Shown here: piece by piece, positions 26,028-35,168 of the stretch
Position numbering within the stretch: position 1 is the first letter of the stretch
How the letters are laid out: every line of letters starts with the position of its first letter
NCBI GenBank assembly: GCA_965995405.1
Contig: CBHFOL010000007.1
Coordinates: 174 to 64,173 of the forward strand
Source: an uncultured Saccharothrix sp.
Lineage (GTDB): Bacteria > Actinomycetota > Actinomycetes > Mycobacteriales > Pseudonocardiaceae
Length of the DNA: 64,000 nt
Direction: 5' to 3'
Translations under genes and position numbers: made by a program
The notes under the pieces: model-generated
Database searches by the model: none
The model's input: only the letters and a program-made list of their open reading frames with translations
Told to the model about the DNA's origin: nothing

Positions 26028-27636
26028 CCGGCTCCTCCGTTCCGGTGGAATAGGCGTGGGTATCGGCCAGGAACCTGTGCCGCGCGGTGGCGAGACGACT
26101 CCGGAACCGGCCCATGTGTTTGCCCAGCACCATCAGCTTGGACGCCTCCGTGGACGCGCCGGTGGCCCACCTGTCCGCCGTCGTCCGGGCGAGTTCTTCG
26201 ACGGTGTGCCCCCACCTTCGGGCGACGGGGTGTTCCGACCGGCCGTTGTTCCTCACCTCGCCGAGGCGGACCAGGAATTCACCGAACGGTCCGGGCAGCT
26301 GTGGCCAGTAGCCGAGGTCTATGTCTGCCAGGACCTTGGCCCTCAGCTCACGGCGGTATTCGGTCTGTAGGGCGCGCAGTGCCGAACCCGCTTCGTCGGC
26401 CAGGGTGATCGCGCAGCCCAGGAGCGCGCCGAGGCTCTCGTCCTTCGCCCGCACCAGCGCGACCGGCGCGGGTACCTCCTCCTCCAGCCACGCTTCCACC
26501 ACCGACGCCTTGGAGTCGAGTTGCTGTCCGAAGACGCGCAAGGTGTAGACCGTGTCGGCGGGCAGGTGCTCCGCCAGCTGTGCGATCTGGTCGAGCGCCG
26601 GCGGACGTTGCCGGGTCTTCTGCTCTTCCCAGAGGTCGACGAGGAGCAGTTCGACGCTGTGCCGCCAGATGCCACGGACTTGACGCAGCCGCACGGGCAG
26701 CAGGGGAACGTCCCGCTTGGGTTTGCCCTTGGTGTCCCGGGGAATCCGGAAGGCCGCCATCTTCTCCTCGTCGGAGAGCCTGACGTCCAGCCGGGTGCCC
26801 GGGGTGAGCACGACTCCGTCGACCATCGGAGGGCTGCTCGTGCGGTCGACGGAGAGCAGGATGCGCCTCGACGGCCAGGTCAGCAGATCGGTCCAGCCGC
26901 GCGCCGTGCGTTTGTCGGGAGTCGGGGGCGGGGCCGCCCTTTCCCAGGCCGGGGCGTCGGCGACCGTGGTCATGGCCGGCTTTTCGAGTTCCGGCTCGTA
27001 CACCAGGGCGTTGAGCAGCAAGGTCTCCTTGAGGTTCTTACCTTCCACAAGCACGATGCCCAACGAGTTGCCGGGCGCTTTCTCGGACGATTTGTCCTTC
27101 TGGTACGGGGTCTTCATGCCGCCGGGGTCGAAGGCTTGGGCGGTGACCAGCCACCGGGCCGCTTCCGCGGGGCTGAGCAGCAGACGGTCGCTCGACGTCG
27201 TGTGGTCGAACAACGTGACGTTGTTGCCGACAGCCCGATACGGCACGAGTTTGCCCGGTGAGGAAGGTGCCAGGGTGGACAGACCCGGGCATTGCAGAAA
27301 CGGCCGTTCGGGGTGGAACAGGTCGAACCTATCCGGGTGCCGGTCCAGGTACTGGCGTAACGGTTCGGCCGGAAGTCGGCCGTCCTGCCACAACTCCACC
27401 CACGCGGTTTCGGTCGACGGGCCGTAGACCCGGTGGAACAAGGCGATGACCAGCCGGTGCAGCGCCGCCGTCATCGTCGGCGCTTCCGCCGCGATCCGCC
27501 GGAATTCGTGGGCCTGGCGAAGGAGGTCCGCCAGGTTGACCAGGTCCGGTTCACCGCTGAGCCGGACGACAGGTACCCACGGTTCCGCCGTGAGATCGAA
27601 GGACCGGGACAGTTCAGCGCCGTCAGGTGTGTTCAT
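26020..27636 (-). CDS. cas8e: Type I-E large subunit Cas8e (Cse1/CasA)
   Basis: FDLTAEPWVPV, LHRLVIAL, RFDLFHPERPFLQ, LFDH, AARWLV, NLKETLLLN, TWPSRRI. Confidence 0.94.
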   Translation of the reverse strand: MNTPDGAELSRSFDLTAEPWVPVVRLSGEPDLVNLADLLRQAHEFRRIAAEAPTMTAALHRLVIALFHRVYGPSTETAWVELWQDGRLPAEPLRQYLDRHPDRFDLFHPERPFLQCPGLSTLAPSSPGKLVPYRAVGNNVTLFDHTTSSDRLLLSPAEAARWLVTAQAFDPGGMKTPYQKDKSSEKAPGNSLGIVLVEGKNLKETLLLNALVYEPELEKPAMTTVADAPAWERAAPPPTPDKRTARGWTDLLTWPSRRILLSVDRTSSPPMVDGVVLTPGTRLDVRLSDEEKMAAFRIPRDTKGKPKRDVPLLPVRLRQVRGIWRHSVELLLVDLWEEQKTRQRPPALDQIAQLAEHLPADTVYTLRVFGQQLDSKASVVEAWLEEEVPAPVALVRAKDESLGALLGCAITLADEAGSALRALQTEYRRELRAKVLADIDLGYWPQLPGPFGEFLVRLGEVRNNGRSEHPVARRWGHTVEELARTTADRWATGASTEASKLMVLGKHMGRFRSRLATARHRFLADTHAYSTGTEEPGD

Positions 27637-29993
27637 GCTGTGCTGTACTTCTCCCGGGTGCGGCTGGAGTCCTTGCTGTTCCTGGTCAGTTCGTCCAGTC
27701 GGCTGACCGCGAGCGGTGCCGGGAGGTACATCAGACGGGCCTCGCGACCGGACGCCTCACGGGAGCGGGTCAGTTTCTCGTCGGCCGCCTGCCACGCCGT
27801 TTCCCAGCCCGGTGGGCAGGCGACTGCTTCCGGCGGCCCGTACAGCGCGTCGACCAACGTGGGCACTTCTCCGGGAAGTTCCAGCGACTTCCGGTCGCGC
27901 AGGAGAGCCCAGGTCCGCAGCACCGTCATCGGTGCGTAGACCTTGTCCAGGTAGCGGGGGAACTCCGGCCCCGCGTCGGTATCCGTGACGCCCGCGATGG
28001 CCAGGACGGGCGTGCCTCGGACGGCGTGCCGGTGCAGTCGTCCGGCGCGCTGGATCAACCGGTCCACCGGGGCGAGGTCGGTGAGCATCGCGTCGAAGTC
28101 GAGATCGAGGCCCCCTTCGAGTACCTGGGTGCCGATCACGATCGCCCGTGGTCGCGTCCCGCCGGGGCCGAAGGAGGTGCGGAGTTCCTCCTCCGCCTTT
28201 CGCCGGTCGGACGCGGTCAGCTTGCCGTGGATCATGATCAGCCGGGGCCGCTGCCGTGTCGGGAGGAGCGCGATCCGATCGGCCAGGGTGTCGTGGGTGG
28301 CGGTCACCCTGCCTCTGAGGTTGTGCATGACCACGGCGCAGCCGCCGTCCGCCACCCGGTCCAGCGCCCAGTCGGCGATCCCGTCGTCGGTGACCCGGGC
28401 GAGGACGAGCCTGCGACCGCTGTTCAGGTCGGAGAGGCCGGCCGGTTCGACCGCCGGCCGGCCGGTGCCCGCCACGGTGACCCTCGGGTAGTCGGCCGAC
28501 GCTTCGAGCCTCGGGACCTCCCTGGGCAGGCAGCCGAGGAGTCCGGACTGCCAGGCGGCCACCAGGTCCTGGCGGCGGGCGGCGGGCAGGGTGGCGGTGA
28601 GCAGGACGACGGACACGCCGAGTCTGCCGAGCCAGTTCAGGAGCCGGTCGAGCAGCGTCGACATGTAGGTCGCGTAGGCGTCGACCTCGTCCACCACCAG
28701 GACTTTGTTGGTCAACGCGGTCAGCCGCACGAAGCCGTGCCCCGATCGCAGCACGGCTTTGAGCGCCTGGTCGACCGTGCCGACGCCGATCGTCGCCAGC
28801 AGGCTCTTCTTCCGGGTGAACCACTCCTGCGCTTGGAGGTCGGAGTCGTCCTCGTCGTCCCGGCCGATGTCGGTGGGCGTGGTGGCGCGCTTGTCGAGGT
28901 GTTCCTTGGCGTTGGAGTGGATCAGGCTCACCGACACGCCGGCGTCATGGCCCTTCACCAGGGCTTCGAGTTCATCGAACAGTTGGTTGCCGGTGGCCTG
29001 GGTGGGCATGGCGACGTATGTGCCGACGAGCCCGAGGTTGCGGACGAGCGCCGCCGCCGCTTGGAGCGCGGCCTTGGTCTTCCCTTCGCCGGTCGGTGCC
29101 TCGATCACCACCAGCGTGGGTTCGTCGCGGTCGACGGTCATCCGTTCCACCACGGTCTGCACCGGTCGCGGTCGGTCGGGGAACAGTTCGGCGAACTGTC
29201 GGGGCGGCGTCCACGCGCGGAGGTCGAGTCGGTCGACGGCGTTGTCCGCCAGCTCGGCCAGTGTTCCGGCGTAGTGGCGGAGGTCGGTGGTGTCGGCGAA
29301 CGGGAAGTTCCCGGTGTCCGAGGCGATCCAGTCGCTGATGGTCGCCAGCGCGGCGAGCCCCACCGCTGCGGGGACGCTGACGTGCACGTCCGACCACGGC
29401 AACGTGCTCGGGTCGGGCAGGCCGCGCAGTTGTGCGATCTGCCGGACGAAGTCGCCGCGCCAACCCTGCCAGGTGGCCCGGCCGTGGTTGTTGACCTCCA
29501 GCCGTGCCTGCTGGAGTGCGGACGCGGCGGGAAAGTGCCCGTGATGGCCGCCGAGCGCGACCGCGAGCCAGTCGGCGCTCTGCGCGGGCGCTCCCCAGGA
29601 CAGCAGGAGTTCCTTGAGCTGCACGGCAGTCAGCACCCCGTGGGGCGTGTCGATCCGCCGCCCGATCCCTTCCCGTTTCCGCACCCGCCTGATGTCGGCC
29701 GCGGCCACTTCGCCGAACCGGGACACCGCGAGGTCGGCTTGGAGGCCCTGGAACGTCGGGGCGTACTTGCCCAGGTCGTGCAGGCCGCACAGGGTGGCGA
29801 TCCACGAATCCACCTGCCCGAGCGGGTGGAACGCCGTGCGTAACTCGTCCCGGCAGCGCGGCCCGATGAACAGGTCGAAGGCACGTTCCGCCACGGCTGC
29901 GGTATCGAGCACGTGACATGCCAGAGGGTGGCTCGACTCTCGTCGGGACTTTCCCCAAGGTGCCCAAGCCGGTGGGGTTTCGTTTTTCGTCAT
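27633..29993 (-). CDS. cas3: Cas3 HD nuclease-helicase (786 aa; DEVD variant; short C-terminus)
   Basis: HPLACHVLD, LHDLGK, GGHHG, SDWIAS, APTGEGKT, DEVD, TATLP, QRAGRLHRH. Confidence 0.93.
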   Translation of the reverse strand: MTKNETPPAWAPWGKSRRESSHPLACHVLDTAAVAERAFDLFIGPRCRDELRTAFHPLGQVDSWIATLCGLHDLGKYAPTFQGLQADLAVSRFGEVAAADIRRVRKREGIGRRIDTPHGVLTAVQLKELLLSWGAPAQSADWLAVALGGHHGHFPAASALQQARLEVNNHGRATWQGWRGDFVRQIAQLRGLPDPSTLPWSDVHVSVPAAVGLAALATISDWIASDTGNFPFADTTDLRHYAGTLAELADNAVDRLDLRAWTPPRQFAELFPDRPRPVQTVVERMTVDRDEPTLVVIEAPTGEGKTKAALQAAAALVRNLGLVGTYVAMPTQATGNQLFDELEALVKGHDAGVSVSLIHSNAKEHLDKRATTPTDIGRDDEDDSDLQAQEWFTRKKSLLATIGVGTVDQALKAVLRSGHGFVRLTALTNKVLVVDEVDAYATYMSTLLDRLLNWLGRLGVSVVLLTATLPAARRQDLVAAWQSGLLGCLPREVPRLEASADYPRVTVAGTGRPAVEPAGLSDLNSGRRLVLARVTDDGIADWALDRVADGGCAVVMHNLRGRVTATHDTLADRIALLPTRQRPRLIMIHGKLTASDRRKAEEELRTSFGPGGTRPRAIVIGTQVLEGGLDLDFDAMLTDLAPVDRLIQRAGRLHRHAVRGTPVLAIAGVTDTDAGPEFPRYLDKVYAPMTVLRTWALLRDRKSLELPGEVPTLVDALYGPPEAVACPPGWETAWQAADEKLTRSREASGREARLMYLPAPLAVSRLDELTRNSKDSSRTREKYSTA

Positions 29994-30152
29994 CGTCTCG
30001 CTGCATTGGGGACAATGGCGGGGAGCGTAGCGCAGCGAGCAGTCCGCAAATATCGGGTCACCACACGGCGGTTGTTGAGTCTGGTGTGGACAGTGCCGTA
30101 TACCAACGGTCCTATGCATACCGTTGGAGCCGCAATCCACCGGTCGGGTAAC

Positions 30153-30229
30153 GAAGTTTCCCCACGACCGGGAATTTCCCGCTCGCCACAGGGGTGGTCC
30201 ATGAGCTCCCCTTGGCGCGGGATTCATCG
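30153..30229 (+). CRISPR. Degenerate type I-E repeat-like motifs (possible mini-array/CRISPR-like RNA or eroded array); not a canonical array
   Basis: GAAGTTTCCCCACGACCGGGAATTTCCCG, 21-nt gap, GAGCTCCCCTTGGCGCGGGATTCATCG; both have a TCCC..GGGA stem and an 8-nt AT....CG tail. Confidence 0.35.
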
Positions 30230-30248
30230 AATGGAGCACGCAGGTTTG

Positions 30249-30264
30249 CATCGACTTCCGTCAA
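30249..30264. promoter_or_regulatory. Putative ArsR operator upstream of arsR
   Basis: ATCGA-CTTCCG-TCAAT; the same ATCGA-N6-TCNAT motif recurs before pstS and in the flavoprotein/ArsR-GNAT spacer. Confidence 0.55.
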
Positions 30265-30287
30265 TCCAGGCCCTACCCTCGGGGCCC

Positions 30288-30650
30288 ATGGCGAAGCTCC
30301 CGGGTGAACCGCGAGTCGACGGCGCACCGCTCGCGAGTCACCCGACCAGTTGCAGTTCGGCCGCGAACCCGCTGCCCGCCGAACAGGCCCGGTCGATCGC
30401 CGCCGTGTTCAAGGCCCTGTCGAGCCCCACTCGGGTCCGGGCGCTGTGGCTGCTGGAGGCCGGCGAACGGTGCGTCCACGATCTCGTGACGGGCCTCGAC
30501 GTCGCCCAACCGACCATGAGTCACCACTTGCGCGTGCTGGCCGAAGCCGGTCTGGTGCAAGGAGAACGGCGCGGGAACCGGGTCTGGTACGCGGTCGTGC
30601 CGGAGACCATGGCGGCCGTGCGCGGTCTGCTCGGCTGCGATTTCCGGTAA
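30288..30650 (+). CDS. ArsR/SmtB-family repressor
   Basis: VFKALSSPTRV, RCVHDL, QPTMSHHLRVL, ERRGNRVWY. Confidence 0.9.
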   Translation: MAKLPGEPRVDGAPLASHPTSCSSAANPLPAEQARSIAAVFKALSSPTRVRALWLLEAGERCVHDLVTGLDVAQPTMSHHLRVLAEAGLVQGERRGNRVWYAVVPETMAAVRGLLGCDFR

Positions 30651-30670
30651 CAGCACCACCCCTATGTAGG

Positions 30671-30742
30671 ATCGAGATTTTTCAATCCCAGGTCTCCTCG
30701 TCATGCCGCGTTCACCTGTCGTTTAGAACGAAATACTTCGAT
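30671..30742. promoter_or_regulatory. pstS control region: ArsR-like operators plus PHO-box-like direct repeat
   Basis: ATCGAGATTTTTCAAT (30671-30686); 11-bp units CGTCATGCCGC/GTTCACCTGTC (30699-30720); reverse-strand ATCGAAGTATTTCGTT near 30727-30742. Confidence 0.5.
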
Positions 30743-30789
30743 GCAAGAGTCCCGGGAACAGGTCCGGGCGTCGAGCAGGAGGCACGTCA

Positions 30790-31764
30790 GTGACCATCCG
30801 CCAGGTGAAGCGTGCGCACATGATCGCGGTCGGGGCCGTCGCCGTCCTGACCCTGGCCGCCTGTGGTGGCGGCCGGAACGACGGCGGCGCGGCGCAGGGC
30901 GGTGTGAAGCTGTCCGGCCCGGTCGTGGTCGACGGGTCCAGCACGGTCGAACCGCTGTCCGCCGCGGCGGGCGAGTTGTTCATGGGGGCCAACCCCGATG
31001 TCAGGGTCACCGTCGGCACGTCCGGGACCGGCGGCGGCTTCAAGAAGTTCTGCGCGGGCGAGACCGACATCTCCGACGCGTCGCGTCCGATCAAGGACGA
31101 GGAGAAGAAGCTGTGCTCGGACAAGAGCATCAGCTTCACCGAGATCCAGGTGGCCAACGACGCACTGACCGTGGTGGTGAACAAGGACAACAGCTGGGTC
31201 GACTGTCTGACCGTGGCGCAGCTGAAGAAGATCTGGGAGCCGGAGTCGAAGGTCAAGACCTGGAAGGACGTCGACCCGTCGTACCCGGACGAGCCGCTGG
31301 GCCTGTACGGGGCGGGCGCGGACTCGGGCACGTTCGACTACTTCACGGGCGCGGTCAACGGCAAGGAAGGCGCGAGCCGCAAGGACTACAACCCGTCCGA
31401 GGACGACAACATCACCGTCCAGGGCGTGTCCGGCGCGAAGGGTGCGTTGGGGTACTTCGGTTTCTCCTACTTCGAGGAGAACACGGCCAAGCTCAAGGCG
31501 CTCAAGATCGACAGTGGCAAGGGGTGCGTCGAGCCGTCGGTGAAAACCGCGCAGGACGGCACCTACAAGCCGTTGGCCCGGCCGCTGTTCATCTACCCGT
31601 CCGATACCGCGCTGAAGAAGACCCAGGTCGAGGGATTCGTGGAGTACTACCTGGAGCACAACGACGAAATCGTGCAGGCGGCGCGGTTCGTGCCGCTGAC
31701 CGAGGCGCAGAAGACCACGGCGAAGGACGCCCTGACGCAGCTCAGGGCCAAGGCGGGCAAGTGA
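30790..31764 (+). CDS. pstS: Phosphate ABC transporter substrate-binding lipoprotein
   Basis: Lipobox LAAC, DGSSTV, SGTGGGFKKFC, ASRPIK, DSGTFDYF, RPLFIY. Confidence 0.95.
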   Translation: MTIRQVKRAHMIAVGAVAVLTLAACGGGRNDGGAAQGGVKLSGPVVVDGSSTVEPLSAAAGELFMGANPDVRVTVGTSGTGGGFKKFCAGETDISDASRPIKDEEKKLCSDKSISFTEIQVANDALTVVVNKDNSWVDCLTVAQLKKIWEPESKVKTWKDVDPSYPDEPLGLYGAGADSGTFDYFTGAVNGKEGASRKDYNPSEDDNITVQGVSGAKGALGYFGFSYFEENTAKLKALKIDSGKGCVEPSVKTAQDGTYKPLARPLFIYPSDTALKKTQVEGFVEYYLEHNDEIVQAARFVPLTEAQKTTAKDALTQLRAKAGK

Positions 31765-32744
31765 CCGGTGGTCGTCGCACGGGTGGTCTTCCGGACGCGG
31801 GAGACCACCCGGCCCGTTGGCGTGGCACGGCCGTCGACCTGACGTCGCAACGTTCCCGGATCGGCGAGAAGGCCGTCCGGCTCGGGCTGATGTCGGCCGC
31901 GCTGCTGTCGGTCGCGGTCACCGTCGGCATCGTGCTGTCCCTGCTCACCCCACTGGTCAGCTTCTTCGAGCACGTCGGGGTGGACGACTTCCTGTTCGGC
32001 ACGGAGTGGACGGCGGCGTTCGGCGACAAGTTCGGCTGGGACGACAAGTCCTGGGGCGTGCTGCCACTGGTGGTGTCCACGCTGATGATCACGCTGATCG
32101 CGTTGCTGGTCGCGGTGCCGCTCGGGTTGGGCGCGGCGATCTACCTCAGCGAGTACGCGTCCGGCACGCTGCGCAAGATCCTCAAGCCGGTGCTGGAGGT
32201 GCTGGCCGGCATTCCGACGGTGGTGTACGGGTTCCTGGCGTTGACGATCGTGACGCCGATCCTGGGCACGGTGTTCGACTTCGACGGGATCTACACGAAC
32301 CTGTCGCCGGGGATCGTGATGGGCTTCATGATCGTGCCGACGGTCGCGTCGTTGAGCGAGGACGCCATGTCGGCGGTGCCGTTGGCGTTGCGGCAGGGCT
32401 CGTATGCGTTGGGGGCCAACAGGATGAAGACGACGCTGCGGGTGGTGTTCCCGGCCGCGCTGTCCGGGATCGTGGCGGCCATCGTGCTCGCCATCTCGCG
32501 GGCCGTGGGCGAGACGATGATCGTGACCATCGCAGCGGGCAGCAAGGCGCACCTGTCGTTCGACCCGCGCGAAGGAGCGCAGACGATGACCGGGTTCATC
32601 GCGCAGATCGCGTCCGGCGACGCACCGCAGGGCAGTCCCGTCTACTACTCGCTGTTCGCGGTGGGCGCGCTGCTGTTCGTGCTGACCCTGCTGATCAACG
32701 TGGTCAGCATCCGGCTGGTCCGCAAGTACCGGCAGGCATACTGA
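31761..32744 (+). CDS. pstC: Phosphate ABC permease PstC
   Basis: LAGIPTVVYG, SLSEDAMSAVP, SRAVGETMIV; start assumed at GTG overlapping pstS stop. Confidence 0.93.
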   Translation: MTGGRRTGGLPDAGDHPARWRGTAVDLTSQRSRIGEKAVRLGLMSAALLSVAVTVGIVLSLLTPLVSFFEHVGVDDFLFGTEWTAAFGDKFGWDDKSWGVLPLVVSTLMITLIALLVAVPLGLGAAIYLSEYASGTLRKILKPVLEVLAGIPTVVYGFLALTIVTPILGTVFDFDGIYTNLSPGIVMGFMIVPTVASLSEDAMSAVPLALRQGSYALGANRMKTTLRVVFPAALSGIVAAIVLAISRAVGETMIVTIAAGSKAHLSFDPREGAQTMTGFIAQIASGDAPQGSPVYYSLFAVGALLFVLTLLINVVSIRLVRKYRQAY

Positions 32745-33628
32745 TGAGCACCGCGACCGTCACTTCCGGCCTGCGCGGCGGGCGACGCGACATGGGGCCG
32801 AGGCTGTTCGCCGTCACGCTGTGGGCGTGCCTGGCGATCATCTGCGTTTTCCTGTTCTTCATCCTCGCCATCATCGTCTACAAAGGACTGGCCAGGTTCG
32901 ATCCGGGTCTGGTCACCGCGCAGCCGTCGAAGATCCGACCGGAGACCGCCGGTGTCGCGTCGGCGCTGTACGGCACGCTGTGGGTCAGCGCGCTGACCGC
33001 GTTCATCGCACTGCCGCTGGGGATCGCGGCGGCGGTGTACCTGGAGGAGTACGCCGACCCGCGCTCGTGGTGGAACCGGCTGATCGAGCTGAACATCCAG
33101 AACCTCGCCGCCGTGCCGACCGTGATCTACGGCATCCTGACGCTGGCGTTCGTGGTGCGCGGCCCGGTGTCCGTCGGCGGTGTGGTGCTCGCGGGCGGGG
33201 TCGCGTTGTCGTTGCTGATCCTGCCGGTGGTGATCATCACGACGCGCGAGGCGCTGCGAGCCGTACCTGAAGAGATCCGGTCCGGGTCGCTGGCGCTCGG
33301 GGCGACGCTGTGGCAGACGACGTGGCGGCAGACGTTGCCCGCCGCGGTGCCGGGTATCGCGACCGGCTCGATCCTGGCGCTGTCGCGGGCGATCGGCGAG
33401 GCCGCACCACTGATCCTGGTCGGTGCCACGACGTTCGTGACGTTCAACCCCGACGGGATCTTCTCCCGCTACACCACGCTCCCGGTGCAGATCTACAACC
33501 TGGTGCCGCAGGACCGCCAGGAGTTCCGCGACCTCGCCTACGCCGCGATCCTGCTGCTGATCATCGTCCTGCTGGCCATGAACGCGCTCGCGATCTGGCT
33601 GCGCAACCACTACCAGCGCCGGTGGTGA
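32744..33628 (+). CDS. pstA: Phosphate ABC permease PstA
   Basis: [34 protein letters not shown]; TGATG coupling. Confidence 0.94.
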   Translation: MSTATVTSGLRGGRRDMGPRLFAVTLWACLAIICVFLFFILAIIVYKGLARFDPGLVTAQPSKIRPETAGVASALYGTLWVSALTAFIALPLGIAAAVYLEEYADPRSWWNRLIELNIQNLAAVPTVIYGILTLAFVVRGPVSVGGVVLAGGVALSLLILPVVIITTREALRAVPEEIRSGSLALGATLWQTTWRQTLPAAVPGIATGSILALSRAIGEAAPLILVGATTFVTFNPDGIFSRYTTLPVQIYNLVPQDRQEFRDLAYAAILLLIIVLLAMNALAIWLRNHYQRRW

Positions 33629-33651
33629 GGCGCGTCGTGAAGGAGTTCCCG

Positions 33652-34533
33652 GTGACCAGAGCGAAGCAGGAACCCTTGGCCCACAACGACGACCGGCCCG
33701 CGACGCACGTCGGCGTGCGACGGGAGAACACCCTGCGGCCCGTGGAGGGCGAACCCGACGGCGTGATCACGTTGCAGGACCTGGAGGTCTTCTACGGCGA
33801 CTTCCGCGCCGTCACCGACGTCGACATGACCTTCGGCAGCCGCGAGATCACCGCCCTGATCGGCCCGTCCGGCTGCGGCAAGTCCACCGTGCTGCGCTGC
33901 CTGAACCGGATGAACGACCTCGTGCCCGGCGCACGCGTCGAAGGCTCGGTCACCTACCACGGAACCGACATCTACGACCCCGAGGTCGACGTCATCGAGG
34001 TACGGCGGCGGATCGGCATGGTGTTCCAGAAACCCAACCCGTTCCCCAAGTCCATCTACGACAACGTCGCCTACGGACCACGCGTCACCGGCATGAAGGT
34101 CGACAGCATGGACACCGTAGTCGAACACGCCCTGCGCGCCGCCGCCCTGTGGGACGAGGTCAAGGACAAGCTCAAACAGAACGCCTTCGGCCTGTCCGGC
34201 GGCCAACAGCAGCGGCTGTGCATCGCCCGTGCCATCGCAACTTCGCCCGAGGTGATCCTGATGGACGAGCCGTGCTCCGCGCTGGACCCGATCGCCACCG
34301 CCAAGATCGAGGACCTGATGGTCGGACTCGCCGCCGAGTTCACCATCATCATCGTCACCCACAACATGCAGCAGGCCGCCCGCGTCTCCCAACGCACCGG
34401 GTTCTTCACCGCCGAAGCCGACGAGAAGGGCCACCGCACCGGGCGGCTGGTCGAGTTCGCCACCACCGAGCACATCTTCGGCAACCCGTCCGACGCCCGG
34501 ACCGAGGCGTACATCACGGGCAGGTTCGGCTGA
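33652..34533 (+). CDS. pstB: Phosphate ABC ATPase PstB
   Basis: [54 protein letters not shown]. Confidence 0.97.
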   Translation: MTRAKQEPLAHNDDRPATHVGVRRENTLRPVEGEPDGVITLQDLEVFYGDFRAVTDVDMTFGSREITALIGPSGCGKSTVLRCLNRMNDLVPGARVEGSVTYHGTDIYDPEVDVIEVRRRIGMVFQKPNPFPKSIYDNVAYGPRVTGMKVDSMDTVVEHALRAAALWDEVKDKLKQNAFGLSGGQQQRLCIARAIATSPEVILMDEPCSALDPIATAKIEDLMVGLAAEFTIIIVTHNMQQAARVSQRTGFFTAEADEKGHRTGRLVEFATTEHIFGNPSDARTEAYITGRFG

Positions 34534-34716
34534 CGTGGCACGCTCGCCGGTTCGGGCGTGGGGCCCGGCTGTGGGCGTGCCGGTGGATCCAGGTGGTCCG
34601 CGGTCGGGGAATCCGGTTCTCCGTACCGGCTTGTTCACCGGACGTTCAGACCCGCTGATGAATATGCGACGATCGGATCGACAGATCCCGAACCAGCGAG
34701 GGGGGCAGCGCCACAC

Positions 34717-35043
34717 ATGGCGGACGACCGCGACCCGGCCACGGCGGCGCACCTCTTCAAAGCCCTCGCCGACCCCGTACGGGTACAGCTGCTGGCGCTG
34801 GTGCGTCGGGCACCGGTCGGCGAGGCGTGCTTCTGCGACCTCGCCGACGAGTTCGACATGCCACAGTCCACGCTGAGCCACCACCTCAAGATCCTGGTCA
34901 ACGCGGGCGTGCTGAGCCGGGAACGCCGGGGCACCTGGAGCTGGTACCGCGTCGAACACGCCACTCTGGACACCATGGAACGGATGCTGCGGCCCGGCGG
35001 CCCGTTGCGTGACGAACCGGTCACCCAGGAGCAGGGCGGCTGA
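34717..35043 (+). CDS. ArsR/SmtB-family repressor
   Basis: LFKALADPVRV, EACFCDL (CxC), QSTLSHHLK, RRGTWSWY. Confidence 0.9.
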   Translation: MADDRDPATAAHLFKALADPVRVQLLALVRRAPVGEACFCDLADEFDMPQSTLSHHLKILVNAGVLSRERRGTWSWYRVEHATLDTMERMLRPGGPLRDEPVTQEQGG

Positions 35044-35168
35044 AACCGCCGCAGGGCCGGGCACGAGTCCCGACAGGACAGTCGTGACCGACGCTGCGGC
35101 GGGGATGGCGACCGTGCGGTGATCCGGGTCGGGCAACGTGGCCCTCGACGGTGCCGGGCTGTCCGGTC

